Source of the DNA: Takakia lepidozioides | Lineage: Eukaryota > Plantae > Bryophyta | NCBI GenBank assembly: GCA_030704615.1 | Contig: CM060733.1 | Span: 68,634,001 to 68,698,000 of the forward strand | Length of the DNA stretch: 64,000 nt | Direction of reading: 5' to 3' | Shown: in pieces, positions 11,440 to 24,813 of the stretch | Layout of the letters: each line of letters begins with the position of its first letter | How positions within the stretch are numbered: the first letter of the stretch is position 1 | Notes under the pieces: model-generated | Databases searched by the model: none | What the model saw: only the letters and a program-made list of their open reading frames with translations | Told to the model about the DNA's origin: nothing | Program-made: the position numbers and the translations under genes

Positions 11440-13534
11440 TCATGAAATAGCAGCCCCCCGCTTCATGCCGGGCACCTCCACTTCACTGGACCCATCCGGA
11501 TGGGCCTCCTTCCATCGGTCTTCCCAAAAGTGCCCAGATGGTGTCACAGGTGGGGGACGTAACTCCACTTTGCCATCAAACAAGTGTTTGTCTCTTCTTC
11601 TCCAATGATGGCTCATAGGAAGAAACTTGCGGTAGTTGGGATACACCATCTTGCAAAGATTGTTGGAGCTTTGTGCATCAAGTTCATCGCCACAATGCAG
11701 GCATGTGTGGTACCATTTAGTGCTCAACCCCGAGCAAACAGTAAGTCCTGTAGACATTCCGCCACATTAGGAAAGACAAAAAATTTCCATGTGCATCTAC
11801 CCCAATACGGTGCAGAAGACTGTCGCCGCTACTTCAATCAATCCCAATCCTCATCGATATCCCTTTACAAGTAAATGTACGTGGGTTTCTCATGGGGAAC
11901 ATAATATACCTGGATAATCATGCATTGTCCAAAGCAAGATGCCTCTCATCTGAAAAGATTGTCCGGCCATAGGGTCAAGTGAAGCATCCAATGCCGGGAC
12001 CCCCCTCCATAGCTCCTTCAGTTCATCAACTAGAGGTCGCAAGTACGTGTCCATGTCTTTCACTTGTTTTTTCCCTATGAGACATTCACACCATTAATTG
12101 TTTCAATGCTCCACCATGCTAATTATACTTCATAATGAATGACACATCTTACTACATGATTACGTCACTCATCAATCTTCCATCGGAATTGCGCCAAAGA
12201 GAAGAAGATTAATGTAAAGTCCAAAGAAATAATAAGCATGAAATGGGAACACTCACCCGGTACAATGGCAGCCAACATGATATGGCCTTTTTTTATTGAA
12301 AGATACGGAGGGATGTTGTAATTCACCATGGTCACCGGCCAAGTGGAATGACTACATGACTGGACAGAGTATGGGTTGACCCCATCCAAGGAGAAGCCGA
12401 GGCGGACATGTCGTGGGTCCTCCAAGAGAAAAGGCCACATCTCTTCAGTATGCCTCTATGCTTGTGAATCTTGTGGCCCGCACACCTTTCCCGGGGGGGC
12501 TCCGATGCGAGGCGTGCCATCTCATCAGTTGTGCCAATGAGGGGCTTCGGTAGTGTGCATGCAGTCGCGGGATGATTGGAAAGTAGTGCATTTTTTGGCA
12601 CCATCCCCATGTCGGCCCCATATCATAATCAATGTCATTCATATCTCTAAGTAAAACCTTACGTCTTGTAGTGGTTGCAAAAATGTAGAATGTAATATAC
12701 AAGTGTATTGTGGCGCAAGTATACCTTGCGCGGGGCTTTCTTCCCTTGAACATCATCCCGATATCGGTCTTTGTTGCACTTTGGACACTTGGTGAGTTTC
12801 GCATCCTCTCCGTAGTACAGGGTTTTATCACATGGACATGCATGAAAAATCTTATAGCCCATCCCCACAACATCCAAGGCTGCTCTTGCCTCTTTTATTG
12901 ATCGTGGCATTCTCGGCTTCTAATGTGGGGCAAGGATGTAGTCCGCAATAGTCCGCATTATGGTGGACATATCCACATTGCTTATGCCAAACCGGATTTG
13001 CAAATTCAGCAACAACAAGATGGTTGAAAGTCTACTCACTTTGGCCCCATCGTATAAGGGAGTTTTGGCTTCTTTTTCCATGTCATTCAAAGAGTCTGTG
13101 TCCTCATCTACCACCTGATGCATGAGGGGCTGAGCTGCTGCTGCTCGGTCCCCCCCCCCCCCCCCCCCCACTTCTTTTTTTATTTTCTTGGCCCCCTCTA
13201 TCCCTCTCTCTCCCTCTCTCTCCATATATCTTCTCACGTACTCCTCAATTAAAAGTATTATATCTAATGAAACCTCGCGTTTCTGAATTGAGTATTGATG
13301 CATTTCATATCATGCATCTTGCAGCCCCGTCTTGATGTCCAAGCTCACAATTTTTTGGCTGAAGAGGCATACTGATGCGGGTTTCTTCCTTCTTACGAGC
13401 CCCACCCCATTCTGGATGTGAACATTTTTTTCTCGCAACATGACGTAGATGCAGTTTGTGAGGTAGCGGGGTACGATGCGTGTTTTTCTATTTTTGGGCA
13501 CCGAGCTAGGCGCTTTCCACCTACGCACACACAT
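11440..13534 (-). pseudogene. CACTA/En-Spm transposase (Transposase_21/Tnp2), 3'-truncated, with introns
   Basis: HACPCDKTLYYGE..KCPKCNKDRY; EDPRHVRLGFSLDGVNPYS...WPVTMVNYNIPP; YPNYRKFLPMSHHWRR..FDGKVELRPPP. Confidence 0.88.
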
Positions 13535-14412
13535 TCGTCATCCTCGACATCGGCACCCCCATCATCACCATCATCCGCATCGTCCGTTCCTCCTATTGTA
13601 GATGGTCTTTCCTCATCACCATTGCCATCCGAGGTCCCTCATACCGACCAGCTACATGTCCCTTCCCCTCCATTGCTCAGACCATAGCCGCCATCGAGTC
13701 CGAGTTCGACATCCGGGTATTTGCAGGATTGGGTGTCTCAGTTTTTGTGTAACATGGCAGTTTCCGCAGTGACCTCCCTCCATGGTTTTACCCATATTTG
13801 TCCAACAACTCAATATTTCATCTAAATTTATATGGTATAGGGTTTCTAACTACAATAGGTATGTGTGCCAATTGTTAGATTGCAAAAACAATCATGTACC
13901 AGAGAGCCATAGACTTTTAAAGTTGATTACTGTGGAGTGCAGATGTTACTCATAAAATCTTATGGACTGAAAAAACATCATGTACACTCATACACTGGCA
14001 CAAAGGAAAACACACTAGGGGTGCCATTTTTAAATCCAACCCAAATCCACTTTTATATGGACTAGTTATCTTAGGAATTGAGAGCTATGGACTATTTTGC
14101 ACATAAAAACAGGTTGATTTGCTCTAGTCCATAGCATCTTATGTTTTGGGTTTTTGAGGTGTTGTTTTTTACTAAAAAGACATACAAACCTATAATCTAG
14201 AGGTGCCAGGTCGTATATGGACAAGTGGTTGTAAACTCTACATTTTGACGTCTAAATGTTTTTTCAAATTAAAGATTAAAACATCTAGTAAAGAATGTTT
14301 TCAATATTTGAGGAGGGACTCTTTACTAAAAATGTTATGTATACTACTATCTATCTATTAAAAATAAACTGAAAGCAATAGACTCAACAAAAAAAAATTC
14401 CATGGACTTCCA

Positions 14413-15339
14413 GTGGACTCAACATGTGCCGCTTTTGATCCACCTAATCCTGCAACTGCCCGTCCTCGACATCGGCACCCCCATCATCACCATCATCCGC
14501 ATCGTCCATTCCTCCTATTGTACATGTTCTTTCCTCATCACCATCGCCATCCCGGCCATCTCGGCCAGTACTACCTCCACGCGAGATCCCTCATACCAAC
14601 CTACGTGTCCCTTCCCCTCCATTGCGGAGACCACAGCCGCCACCGAGTCCGTATCCGGGTCCTCCGGCAGAACCCGGATGGATCCCACCACCTTTGGGAA
14701 CTGTGTATGACTGGGACCGATGGATCACTAGGTTCCCATTCCGGGAGAAGGGCCCCCGAAGTGATGGACGGGCGCCGCCCCCTAGGAGAGGTGGACCGAA
14801 GTTGTTCCGCACGGTTGGTCCGCGCCTTCGCCGGCCTGATGACGGCACCATACGTCATCGTGGTGCTAGGGAGCTATTCACGATGGGAGTCCAACCCCAT
14901 TTCTACCAATGTCTTGTGCCTTGTCCAGTTCCGATTCCCGAGGGTGAGCCTTTTCATGTATTGCGTGATGGAGGCAATGGACCCTAGTATGGGTCGCGGA
15001 CTTTTTTTTATGGAGGATGTAGTTTTGGGGGGAGGAGAGGATTCTGTGGATTTGTTCCCCTATTTTGGGCCGAGGTACACCCACCGGGAGTGGCAATTAT
15101 TGCAGACACATGGCCTTGGGTCCTTGATCCATCCTTACATCCTTGTTGTGAACGACAATGATGTAAGGGTGAGAAATTTGGGCCGCAAAGCCCATATTTA
15201 TTGTGACAGAAACCTCGATGTGTACGGCAACGTGGCTGGGCTCATCAACAATTCAGTTACCTTACCACCGGGCCACACCGCCAACGTGTTTTGGGATGAG
15301 CGCCATGACGGGGATAACAACGCCATGTATGGAAACTGA
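14413..15339 (+). pseudogene. Degenerate SET-domain-like (lysine methyltransferase fold) protein
   Basis: MGRGLFFMEDV (14989) ... LFPYFG ... GNVAGLINNS (15226-15255) ... ANV matches the SET pattern GxGLFAxxDI...Y.G...GNxARFINHS..PN. The GEELxxDY motif is missing and the Pro-rich N-terminus is in another frame. Confidence 0.55.
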
Positions 15340-15589
15340 TAATGACATGGTTGTTTTTGGCATCTTAGGATGCCGGCCACAACCCCACGACGTTAATTCA
15401 TGAAGTTCATGATCTTGTCATGAACCGGGATTTTGTTCCTTCGGAGGGGGGTACGTATCAAAGAGACCCGACCCCGTCTGAAATGGCGGTCTCCAATGAT
15501 GAGGACAACAATGACAATGGAATTATGCATGAGGATGTGGCAGCAATGGAGGACCTCTTTTTTTCTTTTGTGAGCAGCAGAGGGACAGG

Positions 15590-18100
15590 GACAGATGGAG
15601 GAGAGAGACGGAGAAATGAGGGGAAAAAAAAAAAAAAAAAAAAAAAATTGTGGGGGGGGGAGTGACTGAGCAGCTGCTGCTCAGATGCCGGTGCTGCTCA
15701 GTCACTCTCCCCCCCCCCCCCCACCTTCTTTTTTAGTTTTTTTTTCCCTCCTCACTCTCTCTTTCTCCCTCTCTCCCTCTCTCTCCACATCTCCATGGGA
15801 CAAAGGGAGAGATGAGGGGAGATACTTTTTGTCATGTCAAGACAAAGACAGGACCCCTAGGGTCGTTGTCATGAAAGAATAATCAGACATATCAGCCACT
15901 TAACAGTGGCACCATCCATCAATCATCAAGCTTAGAAAATCCATAATTACATCCATGCACACTAATGTGTTCATGTCAGTATTATTCATAACCCAAAGAG
16001 TATGCCACTGATGCTGATTGACCACCAGTAATGATCATGATATACATTCAGAGGTCTGGGTGGGATGGCGGGTACTTGGCCATATTTTGGCCTTGATGTG
16101 GTGCAGGTCAAATGGTCATACAGATTTACTGTCTGCAAGCTGTAATCCAAGCATACTTACTCAAATCCCATGGGTATCATGGAGGGTTTAAAAAAAAAAA
16201 AAACACTTGGATATCACAGATTTAAATACCTTGCCCTGCCAGTATTTGTTTAGACTGGTCTGCAGCACAGCTTGCCCCCACAGGGGATGTGGATATGTCT
16301 GGTAAGTTTTCCAGAATACCCCTATACCTTTATTTCTTGCTACAGCTGAAAATCAAAGTCCATGACACAGCAAGGTAAAGATAAAGGACTGCATACACAT
16401 CTTGTGACAGTATGTGATATTGTCAATACACCCTATTCACATCATTCCACATTTGACCATGTCATTACACCATGTCCATGGGGTATTTCCACTTGACCAC
16501 CCTGGCTGCCTCAAAAACCAGTTACCAGTTATATTGCTGCCATATTTCAATGTCAGCCGAATAGCCACATGCAGAAACTTCACCATACCCTGGCCTAAGC
16601 ATCTAGCTAACAAAGCCATCCGGGTTGGAACATAACAGGGGCATTTTACCAACATGGGTACCCGAGTAGCTGCAACAAACAGTTCCTTGCAGCCTCTCAA
16701 TTTGTTTCCAACTACCATAAGGTAAGCAAAGCAAACTAGGGCCTGGAAAACAGATGTGTGTCTCTCACACAAGCCATCATAAACCCGGCTGTCACAACAA
16801 AGCAGAGGTTTTCCACTGGCTGGGCCGAAATAGCCCATCGTAGAAAGCATTACACTTGTTCTTCAAAAATAAAGGAAGGAACGAGGTAGGATCAAGAAAA
16901 ACCATAGAGTAGTTTAGTTTTTCAACATTTAAAGGAGAGTCCCTGGCAAGCGATTCCTTCCCCACCTCTGCAATCCCACTTGGCATCTAGCAGCACCTAG
17001 ACATCAGAATATTAAGTGGAAGCCCTCACCTGTGCTTGTCCCAAAAACCACCACAACGCATTGTGAGTTAGTGAGGATGCACGAGGTGAGTAGCAGGCTT
17101 CCACACTTGCTATCGAGGTCAAATACACTTCAATCTAAGCGCAAAGAATGCCAAAGAAAGCAGGGAAGCAAGACAAACAGAAAAAAAACATTTTTTACTG
17201 TTTGGGGGAGAGTCGTCATCTCTCCACAAGCCTAACCGTGCAGGGAGGTCTCCGCCAGCACCACAGCACTGCTACCTTAACCAAAGCAAAGTCTTGCCAA
17301 GCACAAGAAAAAAGAGCTTGGTCTCAAAAGGTAGGGTTTATAAAGGGAGGGAGACAGAGACTTCCTTGTTCTACCAAGACGCCGCCATTCATCAAAGATC
17401 CAGAGGAGGGCTCCTAGGAAACTTCACAAGCAGGCAGGTGGTACCTCCGCCATCACTGTCGTGGTTCCCTTGTGCAACAAAAAAACAGACAAATGAGACA
17501 GTGAATCTTCCCTCATCTCTAAGCCACCACCATCGCCTTAAAGGGCCCGCATAGGCGGCGCTCATAGGAGCCATAAACACTCACGGATTGGCAGGTCATG
17601 GTATCTGCAGCACGAGCACCATCGCTACTCCCAAGCCGCCATCGCCCGCGCTCTCGCAGTGCAAAAAGAAAGACATTAGGGTTGCGCAGAGTTTTCCCCT
17701 GTCTGGCCCGTCATTCATCCTTCTCAGGAGCCAGCCTGCATGCCCGACGGACGTTGTCCATTTCTCATTCGCGGAAGATGAAAGACATCGTGCGTTCATC
17801 CTGTCTTGAACTCGACGGATGCAGTCCGCTTTGCTTCTAGGTTAGATGAAAAACATCGGGGGGTTTTTTTAATAAAAACTTTTTAATACCTGTCTTGCCC
17901 CGTATTTAGGTCCTGTCAGATGAAGTCTTTTTTTCATCCAGGTTGGATTGAAAAAATAAAAACTGACGGGAGTTTTGCAATCAGTATATTCCGGGTTGAT
18001 GTTCGGATGAAGCAAAAAACCTCACAGGTATTAGTGAAGAAATGTTTCACTAGGGAAAAAAAATGTATTTTGGATGAAAAACATCCAAAATTCCTTGCAA
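15590..18100. repeat. Diverged copy of the multi-kb unit also at 18570-20077 and 23250-24813
   Basis: Shared blocks such as GTCATGTCAAGACA..GACCC..AGGGTC.TTGTCA (15830) and CCTCACCTG...GTTAGTGAGGAT...CACACTTG..ATCGA.GTCAA (17024-17122). Confidence 0.6.
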
Positions 18101-18569
18101 CCCAATTTTTTCATTTTTTTCAAAGATGGAAGTCGGGACAACAATTCCATAAACCCAGTTTGCAGAGGTAGAGAGAGGGAGAGAGAGGGAAAGAAAAGAA
18201 AAAAGGGTGGGGGGGGGGGAGTGACTGAGCAGCAGCAGCTGCTGAGCTCCACCTGTTTTGTTTTTGTTTTGTCCCTCATCACTCCCTCTCTCCCTCTCTC
18301 TCCACATCCTGATGGGACAGAGGGAAAAGAGGGAGAGAGAGGGACAGAAGGAGAGAGGGACAAAGTGAGCGAAGGAGAGAGAGTCACTCTCCCCCCCCCC
18401 ATTTTATTTTATTTTTCCCCCTAAACAGTCCCTCCCTCTCCTTCTCTCTCCACATCTTTATGGGACAGAGGGAGGGATGAGGGAAAAGATGAAGAGAGAG
18501 GGACAGAGGGAGATGAAAAATATATATATATGAAAAAAATTAAAAATAGTGGGGGGGGCGACAGAGCGA

Positions 18570-20077
18570 GAGAGGGAAGATATTCACGTCATGTCAAGAC
18601 ATTGACAAGACCCATAAGGGTCATTGTCAATTAAAGACATAAACAGCCCTGGATAGGGCATTATCTCACATTTCCAGTCTTGTCAAATCATCCCAAAAGA
18701 CACCACCCAATCATCCAAGACAAAACAGGGTGGGAGGGCGGGGTATGTTCTTGTGTGGGACAAGATAAGATATTGTTGTCCCTATGCATGCTGCAAGGCC
18801 TCTTGGTTCAGCCTGTACACATACTAGCAGCTTACCAATTCAGCCATTAATTATGGCAGGTCATGCATCAGCCAAGGCATAAGGACCAGCCTGCATTTTG
18901 TCAGAATCTCAGTATCCCACCAAGCAGTCCAACTTGAGCTAGATGAAGTAGATTCCATATCATTTGTATTCACCCTGAGACATGTGATCATACAAGGTAT
19001 CAAGGGAATGTGAATGCAGCCTGTCAGATTGCAGGTTCAAGACTTGTACCAACAAACAGCATGAATTGCCGAGATCCAACCTCTTTTGTATAAAAAACAG
19101 ATGGCAGGTCATAGGCCTGATGTCATGACAGATTCAAAACAGTAGGTAGGATTCCATTGCAGCTTACCATCCTCATCCTTCATGAGTTCCATGCTAAGAC
19201 ATGCAAAGAACACCTTACTACGATCCATTACACATCAGAAGTAGGCCTGACAAGGAGCAGGGCAGTACCCTACCAGGCTGCCGCCTTAAACTTCAAGGCC
19301 ATCAGATCCATAGTTACCCAAAACCGCCAAAAACATACCACCAAAAACCAGATCCTCTTTGGCCAAAATAACTTACAACCTAGCTTAGTAATCCACAGGC
19401 TGTGCTGTCAAAGATTAAAAGGTAGGGTATGGTTTGTATGCAAGCCTCAGGAAACAAGCCCGTCAGGCCGAGCTGCGCATCGGCGGCAGAACGACAAAGG
19501 CCAGAACGCAGGCTGGAGCATATCAAGTCAAGGGCAGTTGGGTTGAAATCGGGGCTGTAGCTAGCAGCCACCTCACAGCGCGCACAACCCTAGGTCTCCT
19601 CAGCCCATATCCCAATCTGCATGCTCAAGAAACTTCAAAGTAGGTGAGGATCCTCACCTGGTCCCATCACAAGCCCCCACAAAAACAACCAGGTTAGTGA
19701 GGATTGTGGAACCCCAGGTGAATCACAGACCCTCACACTTGTCATCGATGTCAACTAAGAAACTCAAAAGCAAGAGAAAGAGATAAAAACATGAGAATCC
19801 CTAAACTCCAAAGGCACCTTAAGCGATTGGGGAAGAGGGTTATGCGCCATCACCACCCGCAGCAAGCCGCCTCCACAAAGCACATAAGCAATGTAGCATA
19901 GCAGGCACAATCGCAAGGCACTAGAAAGGAGGGAGAGAACTTCCCATCATAAGCATCCTTGCTAAGCACAGAAAAAGCCAGAGGAGGGAAGATGCCACTG
20001 CTTTCATAGCGGTGTTTCCCACTGCAAGAGAGACAAGGCGCCGCCTTCGCGTCCCCCCAGGCGCTCGTCCAGCATGG
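18570..20077. repeat. Direct repeat, copy A (~1.5 kb)
   Basis: High identity to 23250-24813 by eye; copy A lacks a ~70-bp block present at ~23435-23505. Confidence 0.9.
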
Positions 20078-20393
20078 GTACGACACCACAAATGGGGCAG
20101 CCACCGAAGCACGCCTGCCATAACACTCTCCTCGCGAGCTCAGAAGCACATCGCGTGCTTCTGACAGCGGGAGAGACGACATAGGGTTGTCCCCCGAATA
20201 TTCATCCGTGGATGAAAAACAGTAGGACGAATCCATATACCCTGACGGATTTCATCCGCAGCAAGGTTAAAAATAGGTTTTGGGGTAGGGGTTAGGGTTT
20301 CCACCGTAATCAATCATAATTAGGGGTAGTTTAGATCAATTCCAGGTCATAATCACATCATCTATAGACAGATCACTTGTGTCAGGATGAAAA

Positions 20394-20970
20394 AATAGGG
20401 AATATCATCCGTGGCAACGCCTTACCTCCATCTAGGTAATTTCTTTCATTCCTTACCAGACCATCCGGTATGGATAACAAGAGTCAATAAAAGAGAAATG
20501 AAAAATTATCACCTTGGTAGTTTTGTATCCGGTACGGATGGAAAAACAGGATGCTGTTGGCAACCTCCATAGAGGTAATTCTTTTCTTCCATGGTGACTC
20601 ATCTGGTATGGATGAGAGTCATTAGAGGAGGAATGAAAAGGCCAAATGAACCATCCTAGAGGTAATTCAGTGTCCATCCTAGTGGCTCATCCGGTATGGA
20701 TGAAAAAGCCTGATAGAGGATGAGAAAACAAAAAATCCACACTGATAGCAAACTGCCAATTCCCAGTAGAGAGGGAGAGAGAGGGAGAGAGGGGGCACCC
20801 ACCAACCAGCCCTTGGTATGGCAGTCCCTTATGGAATGAGTGTGGTATGCACTCACCCCGTAAGGGAGTGCACACCAGACCCCTTCATAAATGTTCTCCC
20901 TCTGTAATATAGTTTCCCACCCTTGGACACATTTGCCACAGGGGCAGGAAAGACCTATATCCCCTCCTCA
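20394..20970. repeat. Direct repeat (~570 bp) rich in CATCCGGTA(C/T)GGATG palindromes, copy 1
   Basis: Near-identical to 22063-22640. Confidence 0.9.
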
Positions 20971-22062
20971 CACTTGCATAAACCATTGATCAGTGCTGGA
21001 CCCACAACTGGGTCTGATGGATCAAAAGAAGTGACAAAAGAGAATGGGACAAACCCCTTCATACAATGGTACTTGCTTGAAATGTACAGGATTAAGCATC
21101 CTTGGTCATGTGTAGATAATTAGCTACCATGAACGTCAGGTATCAGCTTGCATATATCCAGAAGTAAGATCATAAAGATACATGCACATAGATGAGAGGA
21201 GTATACCAGGTCACGTGTCCTGCCATGATCCGAAATCCCGTTTGCGGATCGGGGAGAACCCTTCTGAACTCCTCCGGGTCCTGTATGACTCTTGGCTGGC
21301 AATGTTGATGGTGGTGGTGGAATTAGACCCCGATCCACCCGGTGGAGAGCGGTTGGTCAATCTGGTATTCTCAGATGTGTTGGCAGGAGTTTGCATCCGG
21401 CCAGAGTGTCCACCCCTTTGGTATAGGCCTCTTCCACGTACCGGGGTATCTCTTCCCCGAGAAGCATATGTTTTACCCTGTTGGTGAGGCGTCTGCCCCT
21501 CCATACGCTGCCTTTTGTAATGACTGAACTGAGGCTTAGGCTGGTTGTCCGAAAAAGTACTAGGTTTTAGCATCTTCTCAATGTATTGGGCTGTCTTGGA
21601 TTCTCCCAGCCTTATACTACCTTAGCATTAGGATCAGCTGCAAATTCGCAGGCTGCCTCCATAATAAATTCCCGGATCATCTGGAAGGTAATCTGTGCCA
21701 GTACGGCAGATCTGGCTGCCTTCATTATCCAGACCAGAAAATTATAATACTTGGTTTGAATGGAAGGGTATGTATCATCAGGGAAGAAAACCGTCAGGTT
21801 ATTCAACATATACCATACCAAGTGATCAAACCAAGAAACACTGCCAACACAACCAAATGAAGCATTTTCAGACCCACAATTACACCGAATGTAAGGCCTA
21901 TGCCAATTGAACAGCTGACTTTTGTGATTCTTAGATCTGGTAGAGCCAGTATGCAGGTCGTTCTTGGTCCGTAAGGTCAAGTTCTCACCTTGATCACAAA
22001 GCTTGTAATAAAAGGTCCGTAGAGGCCATGCCAAGGCAATTGGCTCTTTTTTGAACCTCTGG

Positions 22063-22640
22063 AATAGGGAATATCATCCGTGGCAACGCATTACCTCCAT
22101 CTAGGTAATTCTATCATTCCTCACCAGACCATCCGGTACGGATAAAAAAAAGTCAATAAAAGAGGAAAGAAAAATGATCACCCTGGTAGTTTTTCATCCG
22201 GTACGGATGGAAAAATAGGATGTTGTTGGCAACCTCCATAGAGGTAATTCTTTTCTTCCATAGTGACTCATCCGGTATGGATGAGAGTCAATAAAGGAGG
22301 AATGAAAAGGCCAAAAGAACCATCCTAGAGGTAATTCAATGTCCATCCTGGTGGCTCATCTGGTATGGATGAAAAAGCCTGATAGAGGATGAGAAAACAA
22401 GAAGTCAACACTGATAGCAAACTGCCAATTCCCAGTAGAGAGGGAGAGAGGGGGAGAGAGGGGGCACCCACCAACCAGCCCCTGGTATGGCAGTCCCTTA
22501 TGGAGTAAGTGTGGTATGCACTCACCCCGTAAGGGAGTGCATACCAGACCCCTTCATAAGGATTCTCCCTCTTCAAAGTAGCTTCTAACCCCTGGACAGA
22601 TTTGCCAAAGGGGCTGGAAAGGCCTACTTCCTCATCCACT
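22063..22640. repeat. Direct repeat (~570 bp), copy 2
   Basis: Near-identical to 20394-20970. Confidence 0.9.
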
Positions 22641-23249
22641 CATGTCAAGAAACAAGATTCTGTTGTCATGGATCACAAATAAGTGTAAGGTAGGATGGTA
22701 GCAACCTGCTACCCATCTATACACCATCCTGGTTTTAAGGCCAGTTTTTCCAAAGGTATGATAAGCACATAGCATATGTAAGCACATAGCATATTACATA
22801 TGCATATTTATTTAGTGGTGCTACATAGAGCAAAGCCACTTGTAGAGAGGTATGAAAGCATATGAGCCAAAGAGTATCTAAAACTGATACAAGGCATCAG
22901 CTACAGTAAACCATCTAACACGAGTAGTGTGCATTGACCGGATCATGTAGAAGGTGTACACATACTCCTGCAGGTGGTTTTACCTGGGCCTAGCTCAATA
23001 TATCGGTATGAAGATAAACCTCAAAAGCACTATGTCTATCTCAAAGACCTCCGTGCCCAAATTCACCAACAAATTTTTTGCTGGAGGACATACCTTATGA
23101 AGGTCATTGCTCCATATCTTTGTCATGGAGGGACCTTCTGCCAGGCCAGAAACAAACCATGTTAGTATATCAACATGATGAAGAAATAACCAGAAAGGAA
23201 AGGGGTAGATGGTGTGTACAAGAACCACCGAGTACATTGGAAATAGAAA

Positions 23250-24813
23250 GAGAGGGAAGATATTCATGTCATGTCAAGACATGGACAAGACCCACTAGGG
23301 TCATTGTCAATTAAAGACATAAACAACCCAAAACAGGGCACCATCTAACATTTCCATTCTTGTCATAGCTTCCCATGAATTTGACATCACCCAATCAGTC
23401 ATGATAAAACAGGGTGGGAGGGCGGGGTTTGTTCATGTAGGGGATGCAAGCATCTTGAACACCTGAGATCCGGCCATCTTGGCCAATGAATCATGTGTTC
23501 ATGTGTGGGACAAGATAAGATATTGGTGTCCCTGTGCAGGCTGCAAGGCCTCTTGGTTCAGCCTGTACACATACTAGCAGGCTACCATTTCAGCCATTAA
23601 TTATGGCAGGTCATGCATCAGCCAAGGCATAAGGACCAGCCTGCAGTTTGTCAGAATCTCAATATGCCACCAAGCAGTCCAACTTGAGCAAGATCAAATA
23701 GATTCCATATCATTTGTATTCACCCCGAGACATGTGATCATACAAGGTATCAAGGGAATGTGAATGCAGCTTGTCAAATTGAAGGTTCAAGCAACATGAA
23801 CAGTCGAGATCCAGCCTCTTTTGTATATAAAAAACCAGATTGCAAGTCATAGGCCTGATGTCATGACAGAGCCAAAACTATAGGTAGGATCCCATTGCAG
23901 TTTACCATCCTCATCCTTCAGAGTTCCATGCTAAGACATGCAAAAAACACCTTACTATGATCTAGTACACATCAGAAGCAGGCCTGAAAAGGAGCAGGGC
24001 AGTACCCTACCAGGCTGCCGCCATAAACTTCAAGGCCCCCTGGTCCATAGTCATCCAAAACCGCCAAAAACATACAACCAAAAACCAGATCCTCTTTGGC
24101 CAAAAGAACTGACAACCTACCTTAATAATCCACAGGCTTTGCTGTCAAAGATCAAAAGGTAGGGTATGGTTTGTATGCAAGCCTCAGGAAACAGGCCAGT
24201 CAGGCCAAGCTGCGCATCGGCGGCAGAACGACAAAGGCTAGAACGCAGGCTGTAGCATGTCAAGCCAAGGGCAGTCGGGTTGAAATCGGGGCTGCAGGCA
24301 GCAGCCACCTCACAGCGCGCACAACCCATAGGTCTCCTCAGCCCATATCCCAATCTGCATGCTCAAGAAACTTCAAAGTAGGTGAGGTCCTCACCTGGTC
24401 CCATCACAAGCCCCTACAAAAACCAATAGGTTAGTGAGAATTGTGGAACCCCAGGTGAATCACAGACCCTCACACTTGTCATTGATGTCAACTAAGAAAC
24501 TCAAAAGCAAGAGAAAGAGATAAGAACATGAGAATCCCTAAACTCCAAAGGCACCTTAAGCGATTGGGGAAGAGGGTTATGTGCCATCACCGCCCGCAGC
24601 AAGCCGCCTCCACAAAGCACATAAGCAATGAAGCAAAGCAGGCACAATCGCAAGGCACTTGAAAGGAGGGAGAGAACTTCCCATCATAAGCATCCTTGCT
24701 AAGCACAGAAAAAGCCAGAGGAGGGAAGATGCCACTGCATTCAAAGCGGTGTTTCCCGCTGCAAGAGAGACAAGGCGCCGCCTTCGCGCCCCCCCAGGCG
24801 GTCGTCCAGCATG
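23250..24813. repeat. Direct repeat, copy B (~1.55 kb), joined directly to MULE copy 2
   Basis: Matches 18570-20077 up to ..CGTCCAGCATGG, then switches to MULE sequence. Confidence 0.9.
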
